A stretch of DNA of 63,941 nucleotides, filler included, from Klebsormidium nitens (GCA_000708835.1; 10 parts of 10 records of this genome joined end to end with filler, not necessarily neighbours in it); one strand, 5' to 3'. Positions 24,705-34,933 are shown, counted from the whole stretch's first letter. The notes: generated from the sequence alone by a model not told the origin. Made by a program: numbers and translations.

Positions 24705-25598
24705 TTGAGTGATCTAGCACTCCTGAAATATGTGCGTACTCCTGCAGGTATTGCATCTCCACAGGGATTGGCCTTGATCAAGCAGGCAACCAATGCTGCA
24801 TCTTCGGGACTGACTGAGGCCGAAGACGGAGACGGTCTACGACCTGCTCTAGAGAATGCGCTGAAGCTCACTGCCGGTGTTGAGAAGGCCGCTAAGGCGG
24901 CCGCATATATGAGGTCTATCAATAGTCCTGGGGCGGACTCGGCAACTGCGACGGCCAACCTTGCCTCGACTCTTGCCCAAAAGTCTTTGATGGGCGTGGT
25001 TGAGGTGGTAAGGTCAAGAGGCTCTACGGCAACAGAGAATGCTATCAACGCGGCCGAAGATGCTCAACTCGCGGCTTCTGCTCTACTAGCAGCGGGACAA
25101 GTCCGACCACCGCCTCCTTCCAAGCAAGCTGCTAGGCCGGAAGCTGTGGATGCGATCGAGGCGTTAACCCGGTTTGCTCAAGGCCTTGGAGCGGATCCCC
25201 AATCACTTCTTATCGCTTTGCAAGGAGCTTTACCCCAAACCGGCGGGTCCGTTCTCCTGGCACCACCGTCAGGAACCGTCAACCACCCCCTCCCGCCATC
25301 CCAGCCAACGGCGAATTTCATTGTTGATGCAGAAACACATCAAGATAGGCTAGGAACTGCACAAGACGCCAAGGATAGCCAGAAGCGTTTGATGGACAGC
25401 CTTGCAGGGGCCGCTATCACGGGGAAGGCCGCACTCGAGGAAGCTACTGAGAGCCCCGCAAAAGGGAAGAAAAGGCTCAGGAAGGCGGAAGGTACGGGCC
25501 AAGCCGAAACTAGGGCTACGAAAGCCGCAACCGCGGATGCTAATAAGCCCAAGACAAGAGCCAGAGGCGTTCGACAGTCTAGCAAGCCGCAGATTTGA
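24705..25598 (+). CDS. Ala/Pro/Lys-rich ORF, probably the terminal exon of a multi-exon gene
   Basis: 297-codon open frame with a basic C-terminus. Short upstream exons with gtgagt donors lie at ~23330 and ~24405. Confidence 0.5.
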   Translation: MSDLALLKYVRTPAGIASPQGLALIKQATNAASSGLTEAEDGDGLRPALENALKLTAGVEKAAKAAAYMRSINSPGADSATATANLASTLAQKSLMGVVEVVRSRGSTATENAINAAEDAQLAASALLAAGQVRPPPPSKQAARPEAVDAIEALTRFAQGLGADPQSLLIALQGALPQTGGSVLLAPPSGTVNHPLPPSQPTANFIVDAETHQDRLGTAQDAKDSQKRLMDSLAGAAITGKAALEEATESPAKGKKRLRKAEGTGQAETRATKAATADANKPKTRARGVRQSSKPQI

Positions 25599-26095
25599 GC
25601 TTGTCCACATACTTCTGTTCTACAATTGCTTAAAACATAGAACTTTTCGCATATGATTTTATGAACTCTTAGGTTGAGGCTCTTTATGAGCCGTATCTTG
25701 TAGCTACGACTTTAGCTGGATTTCTCGGAGCTGATTGGTTTTGTTTCTAATTCAATAGTATAAGGATTGATTCTATAATTTGACATAGCTTTCATCCGTT
25801 GTGTAATTTGAGCACTAAAGGAGCCGCTTGGGAAATAGGAGACGTACCACTTGTAGGCTCGACAGAATTTGATGACCGTTTGACGTTCGCTGTAGCAACA
25901 CGTTTCACGCCGCCCACCTTCAACGAATTCTCCATCTCGACTGAGTCAGTGTTCTGCCCACTGCTCATTTCAATGGTACTATGATACTATCGCTACTTAT
26001 CATGATGGATTTAATCGAGCCAACTTTTGGGCTTATGAATCGGCGCTCTTTCATCCCCGGTCTCTGAGTCTAAGGCCTATCCTGGACGGGCGAAG

Positions 26096-26293
26096 GTCGC
26101 AGAGTTGCGGTGAAAGTCGCGGACGAACGTCGCAAAAAGTCGCGGAAAGTCGCCATGTAACGTCGCGAAGCATTCAAGCACCATGGCTAGTCACTTATTA
26201 TAGCTAGAAGTCATGCACACTTCTCGAAAACTTCTACGTACGTTTTGCTTTCCATAATGGTTAAAATGAACGTACCGGTCGCCAACACTAGTG
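26096..26293 (-). mobile_element. CACTA (CMC/EnSpm)-type terminus with subterminal GTCGC repeats
   Basis: Ends ...gtcgccaacactagtg (TAGTG at 26289-26293). GTCGC occurs at 26096, 26116, 26129, 26139, 26149, 26162 and 26278. Confidence 0.55.
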
Positions 26294-26394
26294 GNNNNNN
26301 NNNNNNNNNNNNNNNNNNNNNNNNNNNNNNNNNNNNNNTTAATTAATTAANNNNNNNNNNNNNNNNNNNNNNNNNNNNNNNNNNNNNNNNNNNN

Positions 26395-26774
26395 GTCACG
26401 TGCTGGACAAGGAGGTGGAATGCAAGCACCTCGCCTTCCTGAAGCCGGAGGACATCAACCCAACCAAGTGGCGCGAGATCCACGCCAGGGTGGCGAAGAG
26501 ATTCCCCACCAGCGATCCCGTCGAGATACTGGAGTCGGCACTGCTTCAGTGCAGCCGGTGCAAGAGCAGGCGCTGCACCTTCTACCAGCTGCAAACGAGG
26601 AGCGCCGACGAACCGTTGAGTACTGCGATTCTCCTTTGATCGAGAGCTTGTCGTGAAGTCATGTGTATCCTCGATTCATCACGAAACGTCCACGTCCGAC
26701 CCTCCTATCTACTCTCTCGCAGGATGACGTGTTTTTGTACGTGCCATTCTTGCGGACGCCGGTGGAAGACGTGA
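26395..26774 (+). CDS. TFIIS-like transcription elongation factor, C-terminal part, copy 1 (intron 26615-26722)
   Basis: [14 protein letters not shown]...[22 protein letters not shown]|[16 protein letters not shown] after splicing gttgag...cgcag. Confidence 0.88.
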
Positions 26775-26836
26775 TGTGAGGTGGGTCCCGCGTCTCTAGG
26801 TCGGTCCTATTTTCTGTCTCAGCTGTAGCTCACCCG

Positions 26837-26980
26837 ATGGAGGCCGGTCCTGCCTTCGTTCCCGAAGCCGTGGAGGTAGACCCAGTTCAACCGTATCAGC
26901 AGATGATCTACGCACCGCTGACCGTCAACACTACCGATCTCAAAACGCCCTGGAGATTTGCACAAGACTTTCCCACCGGC
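26837..26980 (+). CDS. N-terminus of the RING protein, duplicate copy truncated by gap
   Basis: Matches the start of 27532-28155. Confidence 0.7.
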
Positions 26981-27099
26981 NNNNNNNNNNNNNNNNNNNN
27001 NNNNNNNNNNNNNNNNNNNNNNNNNNNNNNNNNNNNNNNNNNNNNNNNNNNNNNNNNNNNNNNNNNNNNNNNNNNNNNNNNNNNNNNNNNNNNNNNNNN

Positions 27100-27469
27100 A
27101 TCACGTGCTGGACAAGGAGGTGGAATGCAAGCACCTCGCCTTCCTGAAGCCGGAGGACATCAACCCGACCAAGTGGCGCGAGATCCATGCCAGGGTGGCG
27201 AAGAGATTCCCCACCAGCGATCCCGTCGAGATACCGGAGTCGGCACTGCTTCAGTGCAGCCGGTGCAAGAGCAGGCGCTGCACCTTCTACCAGCTGCAAA
27301 CGAGGAGCGCCGACGAACCGTTGAGTACTGCGACTCCCTTAATCGAGAGTCTGTAGCCTCTTCTCGTGATCCATCACGAAGCGTCCACGTCTGACCCTCC
27401 TATCTACTCTCTCGCAGGATGACGTGTTTTTGTACGTGCCATTCTTGCGGACGTCGGTGGAAGACGTGA
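27100..27469 (+). CDS. TFIIS-like factor, C-terminal part, copy 2 (intron 27320-27417)
   Basis: Near-identical to copy 1; the intron is 98 bp versus 108 bp. Confidence 0.88.
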
Positions 27470-27531
27470 TGTGAGGTGGGTCCCGCGTCTCTAGGTCGGT
27501 CCTATTTTCTGTCTCAGCTGTAGCTCACCCG

Positions 27532-28155
27532 ATGGAGGCCGGTCCTGCCTTCGTTCCCGAAGCCGTGGAGGTAGACCCAGTCCAACCGTATCAGCAGATG
27601 ATCTACGCACCGCTGACCGTCAACACCACCGATCTCAAAACGCCCTGGAGATTTGCACAAGACTTTCCCACCGGCGAAAAGTTGAAGGACGCGATCGACG
27701 AGATAACATCCCAGATAAGTTCTCTGTTCGAAGTCCACGAAGAGATCGCGCACAAGCTCGAGCTCGAAACCAAGCGCTTCGAAGACTTCCGGAGGGCGAT
27801 ACACGTCATCAAGAGCGCGGTGTCCGACCTGAGTCCTGGAGAGGAGGATTGGTCTGTCGAGCTGGAGGCGATCGAATCTGCGCTGGCGGTGGCTTTCGTA
27901 GAACGTATCAAGAGCGATGAGGAGGAGAGAGCAAAGATCAGCGAAAAACTGAACGCGTTCGATAGGTTGAGCTCCGGAATCAGAAAAGCTTGCGGATCGC
28001 ATTCCTTCGAGTGTGCCGTCTGTCTTCACGAGCCCGTCAAGATCGTGTATAATTGCGGGCACTGCATCTGTCCGAGCTGCGACATGCGGAAGAGGTCTCA
28101 TCTGTGTCACATCTGCGGGCAGCTCGTACAGAAGAAGATCGATCTCTTCCTATGA
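27532..28155 (+). CDS. Coiled-coil plus C-terminal C3HC4 RING-finger protein (putative E3 ligase)
   Basis: CAVC..CGHCICPSC..CHIC; intronless; 207 aa. Confidence 0.88.
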   Translation: MEAGPAFVPEAVEVDPVQPYQQMIYAPLTVNTTDLKTPWRFAQDFPTGEKLKDAIDEITSQISSLFEVHEEIAHKLELETKRFEDFRRAIHVIKSAVSDLSPGEEDWSVELEAIESALAVAFVERIKSDEEERAKISEKLNAFDRLSSGIRKACGSHSFECAVCLHEPVKIVYNCGHCICPSCDMRKRSHLCHICGQLVQKKIDLFL

Positions 28156-28617
28156 CGTCGCCCTCGTCCCGAAGATGTGGTTTGCGCAAGGACTGGCGAA
28201 CAAGGCCAACCAGATGAGCACGTTGCCGCTGACGTATCCAAAGGCGAAGTAGATGTTGGGTATGCCAGCTAGATACGAGGGCGTACCGGTCGAGATCCAA
28301 GTGGCCGCTGAGATCATAGGTACTAGAGTCGCGACCGTCAGCTTTTCGGATCGCCGGTCCGTGAGTCTCTGCAGCCCCAGAGCGCTATCCAGCCGACCGA
28401 AACGGAGAGCGACCACGTTGGCCAGGGAAACGACCGCGCCACAGTGCGCTGCGATCAGAGAAAAGGGTATGACATGATACTGCACCCAATCCAAATGGTT
28501 GGTCATTATAGAGACGTCGCTCCAAGCCACTATGTACAGAAGGGTCGCAAAGGTGACCTCCGCACATCTGAAAACCCCATGCGAATCCATTGACATCGTC
28601 GTAGCAAATACTTGCAA
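28150..28617 (-). CDS. Small multi-pass membrane protein
   Basis: 155 aa with about four hydrophobic segments; overlaps the RING stop convergently. Confidence 0.6.
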   Translation of the reverse strand: MQVFATTMSMDSHGVFRCAEVTFATLLYIVAWSDVSIMTNHLDWVQYHVIPFSLIAAHCGAVVSLANVVALRFGRLDSALGLQRLTDRRSEKLTVATLVPMISAATWISTGTPSYLAGIPNIYFAFGYVSGNVLIWLALFASPCANHIFGTRATS

Positions 28618-28633
28618 AGGTACGCGCCGCAGA

Positions 28634-28987
28634 TCAGCTCTGGCCGAGCACGTCCCTGATGAACAGACCTCCTAAGGAAAAGAACAGGGAGTTTACGAAA
28701 AGATTTCCCAAGGGTTTCTTGATCATTCGAAGCACTACGGAAACGAAAGAGAACACGAGCGTGAAGGTGAAGAGGCGATCATAATGTATGACGTGTGCCG
28801 TATTGTAGTACTTTGCGATGTGTATGATGATGACGTAAACTAGGATTGCGACCAGAGTGTCGGCGCATCCTTTGAAGACTTGCGTCGTAAAGTCATCTCC
28901 TATCTTGACCCCCTTCTTCTTCTTCTCGGCGGGGCTCTCCCAGACCGTCTGATCGACGCTCTCTCCTTGCAACATGCTCCTTTGCAA
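28634..28987 (-). CDS. Small membrane protein (about 3 TM)
   Basis: 117 aa with hydrophobic helices; tightly packed with its neighbours. Confidence 0.65.
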   Translation of the reverse strand: MQRSMLQGESVDQTVWESPAEKKKKGVKIGDDFTTQVFKGCADTLVAILVYVIIIHIAKYYNTAHVIHYDRLFTFTLVFSFVSVVLRMIKKPLGNLFVNSLFFSLGGLFIRDVLGQS

Positions 28988-29090
28988 GTAAGCTCACATA
29001 ATTCTCGCTCGTTCAAAGCACGTGGGCTCTCCGAGCCCAGGTTCTGTGAATCCTCGCGCTATCCCCTACACTACATGTCGATCATGGTGC

Positions 29091-29651
29091 CTAATACCAG
29101 CGCAGGCAACGCCTACCCCTCTTGATGCATTGCCGCTTTCCCTTCACGGTCCTATACTTTCGGCAGACGCCGCGGTACTTCTTGCACCTCTTCTTGCTGC
29201 TCTTCCTCTTGGTCTTTCTCTTGCTCTTGCTCTTGGACGTTCTCTTTCCAGAAGTCTTCCTCCTTCCAGCGGTCTTTTTCTTTCCCTTCTTTGTTCCCTT
29301 CCTCGGCTTCCTCTGAGCCTTCTTCTCCTTCGACGCCTGCACCTTCTTGATGACCTTCAGCGCACTCTTATCGAGCTTCCTCTCCTTCTTCACGATCTTC
29401 CCGAATGCCTTGATCTGCTTGGCCTTGGCGGCCTTTCCGGTCGCGGACTTGATGGCCCTCTGAGCCGCTGCGCCCTTCTTGTGGACCGCCTTTAGTTTCT
29501 TGGTCAGGTTCCTGGCTTGCTTCTTCAGGGCCTTGGGTGCACCCTTAGCCTTGGCCGCACCACGGATGCCGGCGGTGATCTTGCAGCTCTTCTTGTGCGC
29601 TTTCTTCAGCTTGGCTACCTTTGCCAAGGGTGTAGTAGAACTCCACGTCAT
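29091..29651 (-). CDS. Highly basic Lys/Ala-rich histone-H1-like DNA-binding protein
   Basis: 186 aa dominated by K, A and R, almost no acidic residues; Cys/Arg-rich tail. Confidence 0.8.
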   Translation of the reverse strand: MTWSSTTPLAKVAKLKKAHKKSCKITAGIRGAAKAKGAPKALKKQARNLTKKLKAVHKKGAAAQRAIKSATGKAAKAKQIKAFGKIVKKERKLDKSALKVIKKVQASKEKKAQRKPRKGTKKGKKKTAGRRKTSGKRTSKSKSKRKTKRKSSKKRCKKYRGVCRKYRTVKGKRQCIKRGRRCLRWY

Positions 29652-29713
29652 TGCGATCGACGGAGGATGAGGTTATAGCATAGAAGTAGAAAAAAAATTA
29701 CGTTAGCCCCCGA

Positions 29714-31931
29714 TCAGATGGTCGTGTACTCGGTGAGTTCCTCGTAAGCTTCGACGGTCGTCTCGGCCGCCTCCGAAGCACTCAATAGGAAGGTAATCCT
29801 AGGATATAACTGCCCGTACTTTACGTAGGAGTTCTTCGCTTTCTGTAACCTCAGACGGATCGCGTCCGTGAGGGACCGGGGTCGGATGAACGCAAAGTTT
29901 CCGTGCTTCCATGCCCAATCGGGCAACAATCGCAGCGCTTGAGAGGGTGGAACGACGTAATAGGCCCCGTTCACCTTTCGGAAACGATCTTTGGCGATGT
30001 TCGTGATGACGAAGACGACGAATTCTTGTTCGACTATGTACTCGAGCACGGCTTCCACCAACTCTTCGTCGGTATCTCCGCTAGCCTGCAGGATACAACC
30101 AGAGTCCCTACCCGGACCCGAAACGATCATGTTCTTACGATCCGCCGGGCCTGGCCGCTTAGAGAGACCCCACGGCCCCGCCGCCCCACCACCTCCGCGG
30201 CCTCCGTCAATTCCTACGTCGTAGTGGTCTTCTTCCACTTCTATCTCCCCGTTCTCCTCCGATCTCGTCGCGGCTTCCTCTCCGAGTCCCACCACAGGTA
30301 CAGCAGGCCTGATCGGATCGGGTCGCGTGCCAGGATCGTCTGGAGTCAACCATCGAGCCAAGGAGGGAGGGTCATGGGCAGGGTCAGGAACCGCCGTCTG
30401 CGTGGGGAGGGGGTCAGGAACCGCCGTCTGCGGGGTGAAGCGGGTTAGGGAGTGGTGATTGCCGGGGGATCGGGTCGGGAACCGCCGACTGCTGGTTGAG
30501 GGGATTGGGAACCGCAGTCTGCGGGTTAAGCGGGTTCGGGAGTGGAGATTGCTGGGGGAGCGGGTCGGGAACCGCCGTCTGCTGGGGGAGGGGACCAGGA
30601 ACTGCCGTCTGCGGGGTAAGCGGGTTCGTGAGTGGAGAGTGTTGGGGGAGCGGGTCGGGAACCGCCGACTGCTCGTGGGGAGGGGTGAGGGGTCGCGAGC
30701 CGGGATTCGCATCTTCATCGAAGGAGGGAGGATGCAACTCGTTCGCTACCCGTTCGCTTCTTCCATCGAATGTGCCAATCGGGCGTCCTAGATTCTCAAG
30801 AGAGCCGTGACGTTGATCATTCGTCGCCACTGATTGCGGTTCCCTAACGTTATTCTCGACATTAGAAGAATGTATAGAGGACACTCCATTGTCAGTCATG
30901 CCTTCCAAGATTTTCATCACAACGTCCACTCTCTTGTCACCCGGGCGAAGACCAAGGCAATAATGATTCTCTCCAATGATTACGATTTCGGCAGTGTTGT
31001 CGATCCTTATCTCTATCTCGTGATCCGTGGGATAGAAGATGTCGACCGGGTCAAGCCTTCCTCCGGGCGCGTGCTTCCACAGAAGAGTGTAGAAGTCATG
31101 GTCCTCACAGAAAAAAGTGATTGTGTCTTTTTCATCAACACCCCGTCGATATTGCCGAGAGTGGTAGCTGGACATGTAAGGCAGTTCATCACCATCCCCA
31201 TCGAGAACTCCCGTTGATGCGAACATTCGAGCTCTATGGAGGACGTTTAAGAGACCATTTTTCGGGTCTGTCCCATCTGGATTGCATATCCACATGACGG
31301 AATCAACACCTTTACTATTCTGCACGCCTCTCTCCTCGCGTATCCGCTGGATGACGGCGTTCTGCTTTCGAAGCAGATCTCTTCCCGCGTCTGACGACAT
31401 GCCTTCGATCCTTCCTGAGGGCACGTCGTCCCAACTCAGACCTCGTGATGCCGTCGTCTCTCGTGGGGGCGCCTGCTCCTTGATGTCTTCCCAAGAGACG
31501 CCTTTCGTCTCGGAGACCTCCGTGAAGAACGGTTTCGACCCGGCCGCTGGGACCATCGAGAACAGATCGAGCGGGACGTTGCTGCGCTTCACGGCGGAGT
31601 CCAATTCGAGCAGCACCCTCCAGAGGGAAGCATGTACCCTAGCGAGCGTCTGAGGATCTTGGGTACGAGAAGCGTGGTTCGCCGCCGCTTGCAGGTCCCT
31701 GTCCAGGCCCCTACGCAAGAGCCTCGGATTTTGACGAGCGATGACCTTGAACAAGTTGTATACTGCGGCGGTCATGTACATCACCCGCTCTCGTTTCACG
31801 GAGATAGGCACACGTGCGCTCCGAAGGGTCTCGCTCAATGCCAGCCGTTGGTTTCTGACCCAACTCTGGAAAGGATCTCCCTTCCCGATGCGACGTACGA
31901 TCGCAGAATAACTGATGTTCGAAGCAGCCAT
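29714..31931 (-). pseudogene. ~738-aa viral-like ORFan split by a +1 frameshift in a Pro-rich repeat
   Basis: The ORFs 30414-31931 and 29714-30718 join if one C is removed from cttcaccccgcag (~30432), where other repeat units read cttaacccgcag. The C-terminal domain is paralogous to 31940-32395. Confidence 0.7.
30385..30700 (-). repeat. Coding minisatellite (QTAVPDPLPQQSPLPNPL units)
   Basis: Repeated ggaaccgccgtctgc / gggtcgggaacc words. Confidence 0.85.
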
Positions 31932-31939
31932 GCCTTCCT

Positions 31940-32395
31940 TTACCTAAAGAAAGGAAAAGTGTCTGCGTTATATCCCACGTTCGTGGTCGAGCCATCGCCT
32001 AGGACGGCGGCTCTCAGGGGCTCCGATTGTTCTTCGGTCATCGCCAAAGCTTCCTGACCGCTCAGCATGATCGTCACCTTGGGATAGCGGTTCGTGTCCA
32101 ACCTGGAGGCACTCTTACGCAAGCGCTCTCGTACGGCTGGGGTGAGCCCTCTCTTCCCCAGGAAGAGGAAGTTGCCGTGATCCCAGGCCCAGGTGGGTAA
32201 GTTCTTCCACTCACCCGGCCCGACCAGCTCGAAGATGGCCTTTGGTGTCGCCTTGAACTTGGTCTTCGGAAGGTCGGTGAAGACGTAGACTATGCCCTCT
32301 TGCCCCAGGATGTATTCGAAAGCGGCATCTACCATGTCGCGGACGGTGGTATTCGTGGATGTGTTTACCGTCAGGATCTCGCCCCTGTCGTAACC
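31940..32395 (-). CDS. Partial ORFan with a LPxWAWxHGNF domain (5' end in gap)
   Basis: Frame is open to the gap (GYDRGEILTVN...MVDAAFEY...LPTWAWDHGNFLF...YPKVT). Confidence 0.7.
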   Translation of the reverse strand, partial: GYDRGEILTVNTSTNTTVRDMVDAAFEYILGQEGIVYVFTDLPKTKFKATPKAIFELVGPGEWKNLPTWAWDHGNFLFLGKRGLTPAVRERLRKSASRLDTNRYPKVTIMLSGQEALAMTEEQSEPLRAAVLGDGSTTNVGYNADTFPFFR

Positions 32396-32495
32396 NNNNN
32401 NNNNNNNNNNNNNNNNNNNNNNNNNNNNNNNNNNNNNNNTTAATTAATTAANNNNNNNNNNNNNNNNNNNNNNNNNNNNNNNNNNNNNNNNNNNN

Positions 32496-34933
32496 GCGAT
32501 GAAATTTCTAGCTTCTTCCAAAGTAATGTCTTTCTGATCGACTGTCCTGCTGAGGCATCGTTTGTATTCCGGCCATCTAGTATCGCCCATGCTTATAGTG
32601 ACAAAAAAAGTGAAAGTTCCAAGCTGGCGAACCATCGCGAACGCATTCTTCTTGCCTTCTTCATCGTACTCCGGCGATCCTCTTATCTGTTTAAGATCAC
32701 GGAACCCTATGTTGGCTTTCATTAACCCAGCACGTTGCACAGGATCTCGAAGCTGTCCGGCGCGCAAGGCTGGTTTATCTTTCAGCTTGCTTTTTCGGAT
32801 TCGAGTCCGTTGCAACCTCCGAATATCAATCAACTGTAGTTTTTGGTACTTGAAGAAAATACTGCTTATACGAGTTGCAGCACGCCTGTCCACGTTTCGT
32901 AACTCGATTCTACAAAGCTGGTTATATGACAAATTAGATTCGAACCGCGCTTTCCCGCCGAAGATGTCCGGAAAAGCCATCTCCTCACAGTTCGCGTCAT
33001 AAAACAGATTCAAAGGAGTTTGTCCTTCTCCAGGAGCAACATTCAAATAAAAATTCCGCAACTCTGCCGCAGTGACGTCATCATCAATGAGCGTCTCTTC
33101 GTCTGCAGCATGCGCTTCGTGCCCAACAGGTTCAGGCAGATCTCCGACCTCATCTCCAGAGTTAGATTCGACATCGCACTCCGATTCATTCTCAGATTCC
33201 GACAGCAGACTATCCCCGCCTTGCTCTGACGTGGACGCTTCTGCTACTAAATCTTGCCAATCAGATCTCAAAGACACATTAGCTTCTCTCCACAAAGTGT
33301 CATTCGTTACAAGATAAGTCAAAGCTCGGATGAATTTATGCGGTCGGACGTTATTAGATTCATAGTACCCTTGGTAACGTAACCGCCTTTTCAGATTGAC
33401 CAGGATCGTATCGTTGGCAGAAAAGGACCGCGGAAGCTCGGTCTGAATGTGCGCGAGATCCGTAGGCACGTTAACTACCATGCCAGACAAGCACAATTGT
33501 CCAAAAGGATTAGAAACTTTGCTTTTTGACATGTTCCTTGCCGTACATCCTAACCCTCTAATCTTCATAAAAGGAAGCCGTAAAGCAATGAGATCAGACT
33601 CCAAAGAACTCAGATGTTGCAATTCCACAGGCAAATCTGTAAAACCTGAATATTTCAAACGCGAGCACGGAGGCAATTTTCCGACCAGCAAATACCGATA
33701 GCAAGTCCGGCACAACCAATCAGAGATATCACCGAGCACGCCTTGAAATCGGCCAGAACGGCACTTGCTTTCCACTGCGGCAGACACGTGGATTACGCTA
33801 CGTTTGAACCAAAGCTGGTAGCAAGAACAGCAAACATATTCGGGCCCTTCCGACGTGACACTAATAAACTCAGCTTTCGCACGCTCGTAAGCCGTCAACT
33901 ATCCTTCATCTCGGATAGGAGAAGCAAAGACGTGCGTTGCCAGCCAATCTTTTATGTCTTTGTGACCAGCAAACTCTTTTCCCGGGTAGTTGAGGTCAGA
34001 ATGAAGACCTAGCTTGACGCGTACATAATCGTATACCTGACAAGCCGATTTTTCTTCCGGATAAGGTCCCAGTATTAGACGCTCGCCAGTTGGGAGCACA
34101 ATACGAACACGAAAATGGCCAGCAGACCCCGACACGCCATGCTTCGGACAATCCAGGTCCTCGAAGATGCTGGCCAGCCAATCGTTCACTTTGATTTTCT
34201 CGCGGCCCGATTGTAATAAGAATTGATCACTGTTATGTTCTTTCGCTCCTTCTCCATAAACAAATTCGAGCCTTGTCACAGCATAATCATACACCATTGC
34301 ACAGAGGACCTCATCATCGAAACCTTCTAGAAAAAATTCGTGCCCACGTACGTACAGATGCACTCGATATCGCGGCAAGCCGTCAGAATCGATAGAATCC
34401 ACACCGAGGAAAGACGACTCATGCCAATCACGTTCAGAGGGAGCAGAAGATCGCTCGAACTGGTAGCGCATCCAGACATCGACCGCCTGCATATCCTAGC
34501 CAGGCTGTAGGTGATACTGTGTAGTATTCACTCTACGTGCCCTTTGCCCATAGGTATCATGCAGCTTACAAACAATATAATCATACACCAAAGCTGCAAG
34601 AGAATCATCCCGGAAAAGCCCATATTGAAACCGCACCATGAACCGCACCTGAAAAGCGGGACGCTTCTCATGAATGAAACCCACTACACCAATGAAGATA
34701 CTCACCGGCTTCTCCACTCTCACACGCTTTCGTGCATGCGCCTCGCTTGCTTCGCCTGCAGACTTCCGCTCCCCGTCAGAACCGCTTCCCCCATCAGCAA
34801 CAGCAGCGGCCTTCTCCGCCTCATCTCTTTCCAACACTGCTCGACAGTCATCCCAGCGCCACCCGCCATAGCGACTACAAAGGTCCTCACGAGGGCCGTC
34901 CTCCAGAAGAATCAAGCAGCCAAATGAATACAC
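32496..34933 (-). pseudogene. Helitron2/Helentron RepHel N-terminal half with three AP2-like domains
   Basis: One frame broken only by TAG at 34496-8 and 33899-901. AP2-like: GLFRDDSLAALVYDY, GFDDEVLCAMVYDY, LGPYPEEKSACQVYDY..LNYP. DUF6570-like: CCSC..LCRTC..LRLPFMKI..GMVVNVP..LKRRL. Helitron-N/Rep: FPDIFGG, IRGSPEY..AMVRQLGTFTFFVTIS..RWPE. Confidence 0.85.

Larger units (their letters stand above)
26395..32395. mobile_element. Endogenous giant-virus (NCLDV)-like gene cluster, both ends in gaps
   Basis: Gene-dense, tiny intergenic spacers, nearly intronless. Contains TFIIS, a coiled-coil RING, two small membrane proteins, a basic H1-like protein and ORFans. No hallmark core gene (MCP, polB) lies in the window. 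Confidence 0.65.

Noticed and set aside
29022-29495. Leu/Ser-rich hydrophobic plus-strand ORF
   Set aside because: It is the antisense shadow of the Lys-rich H1-like gene.
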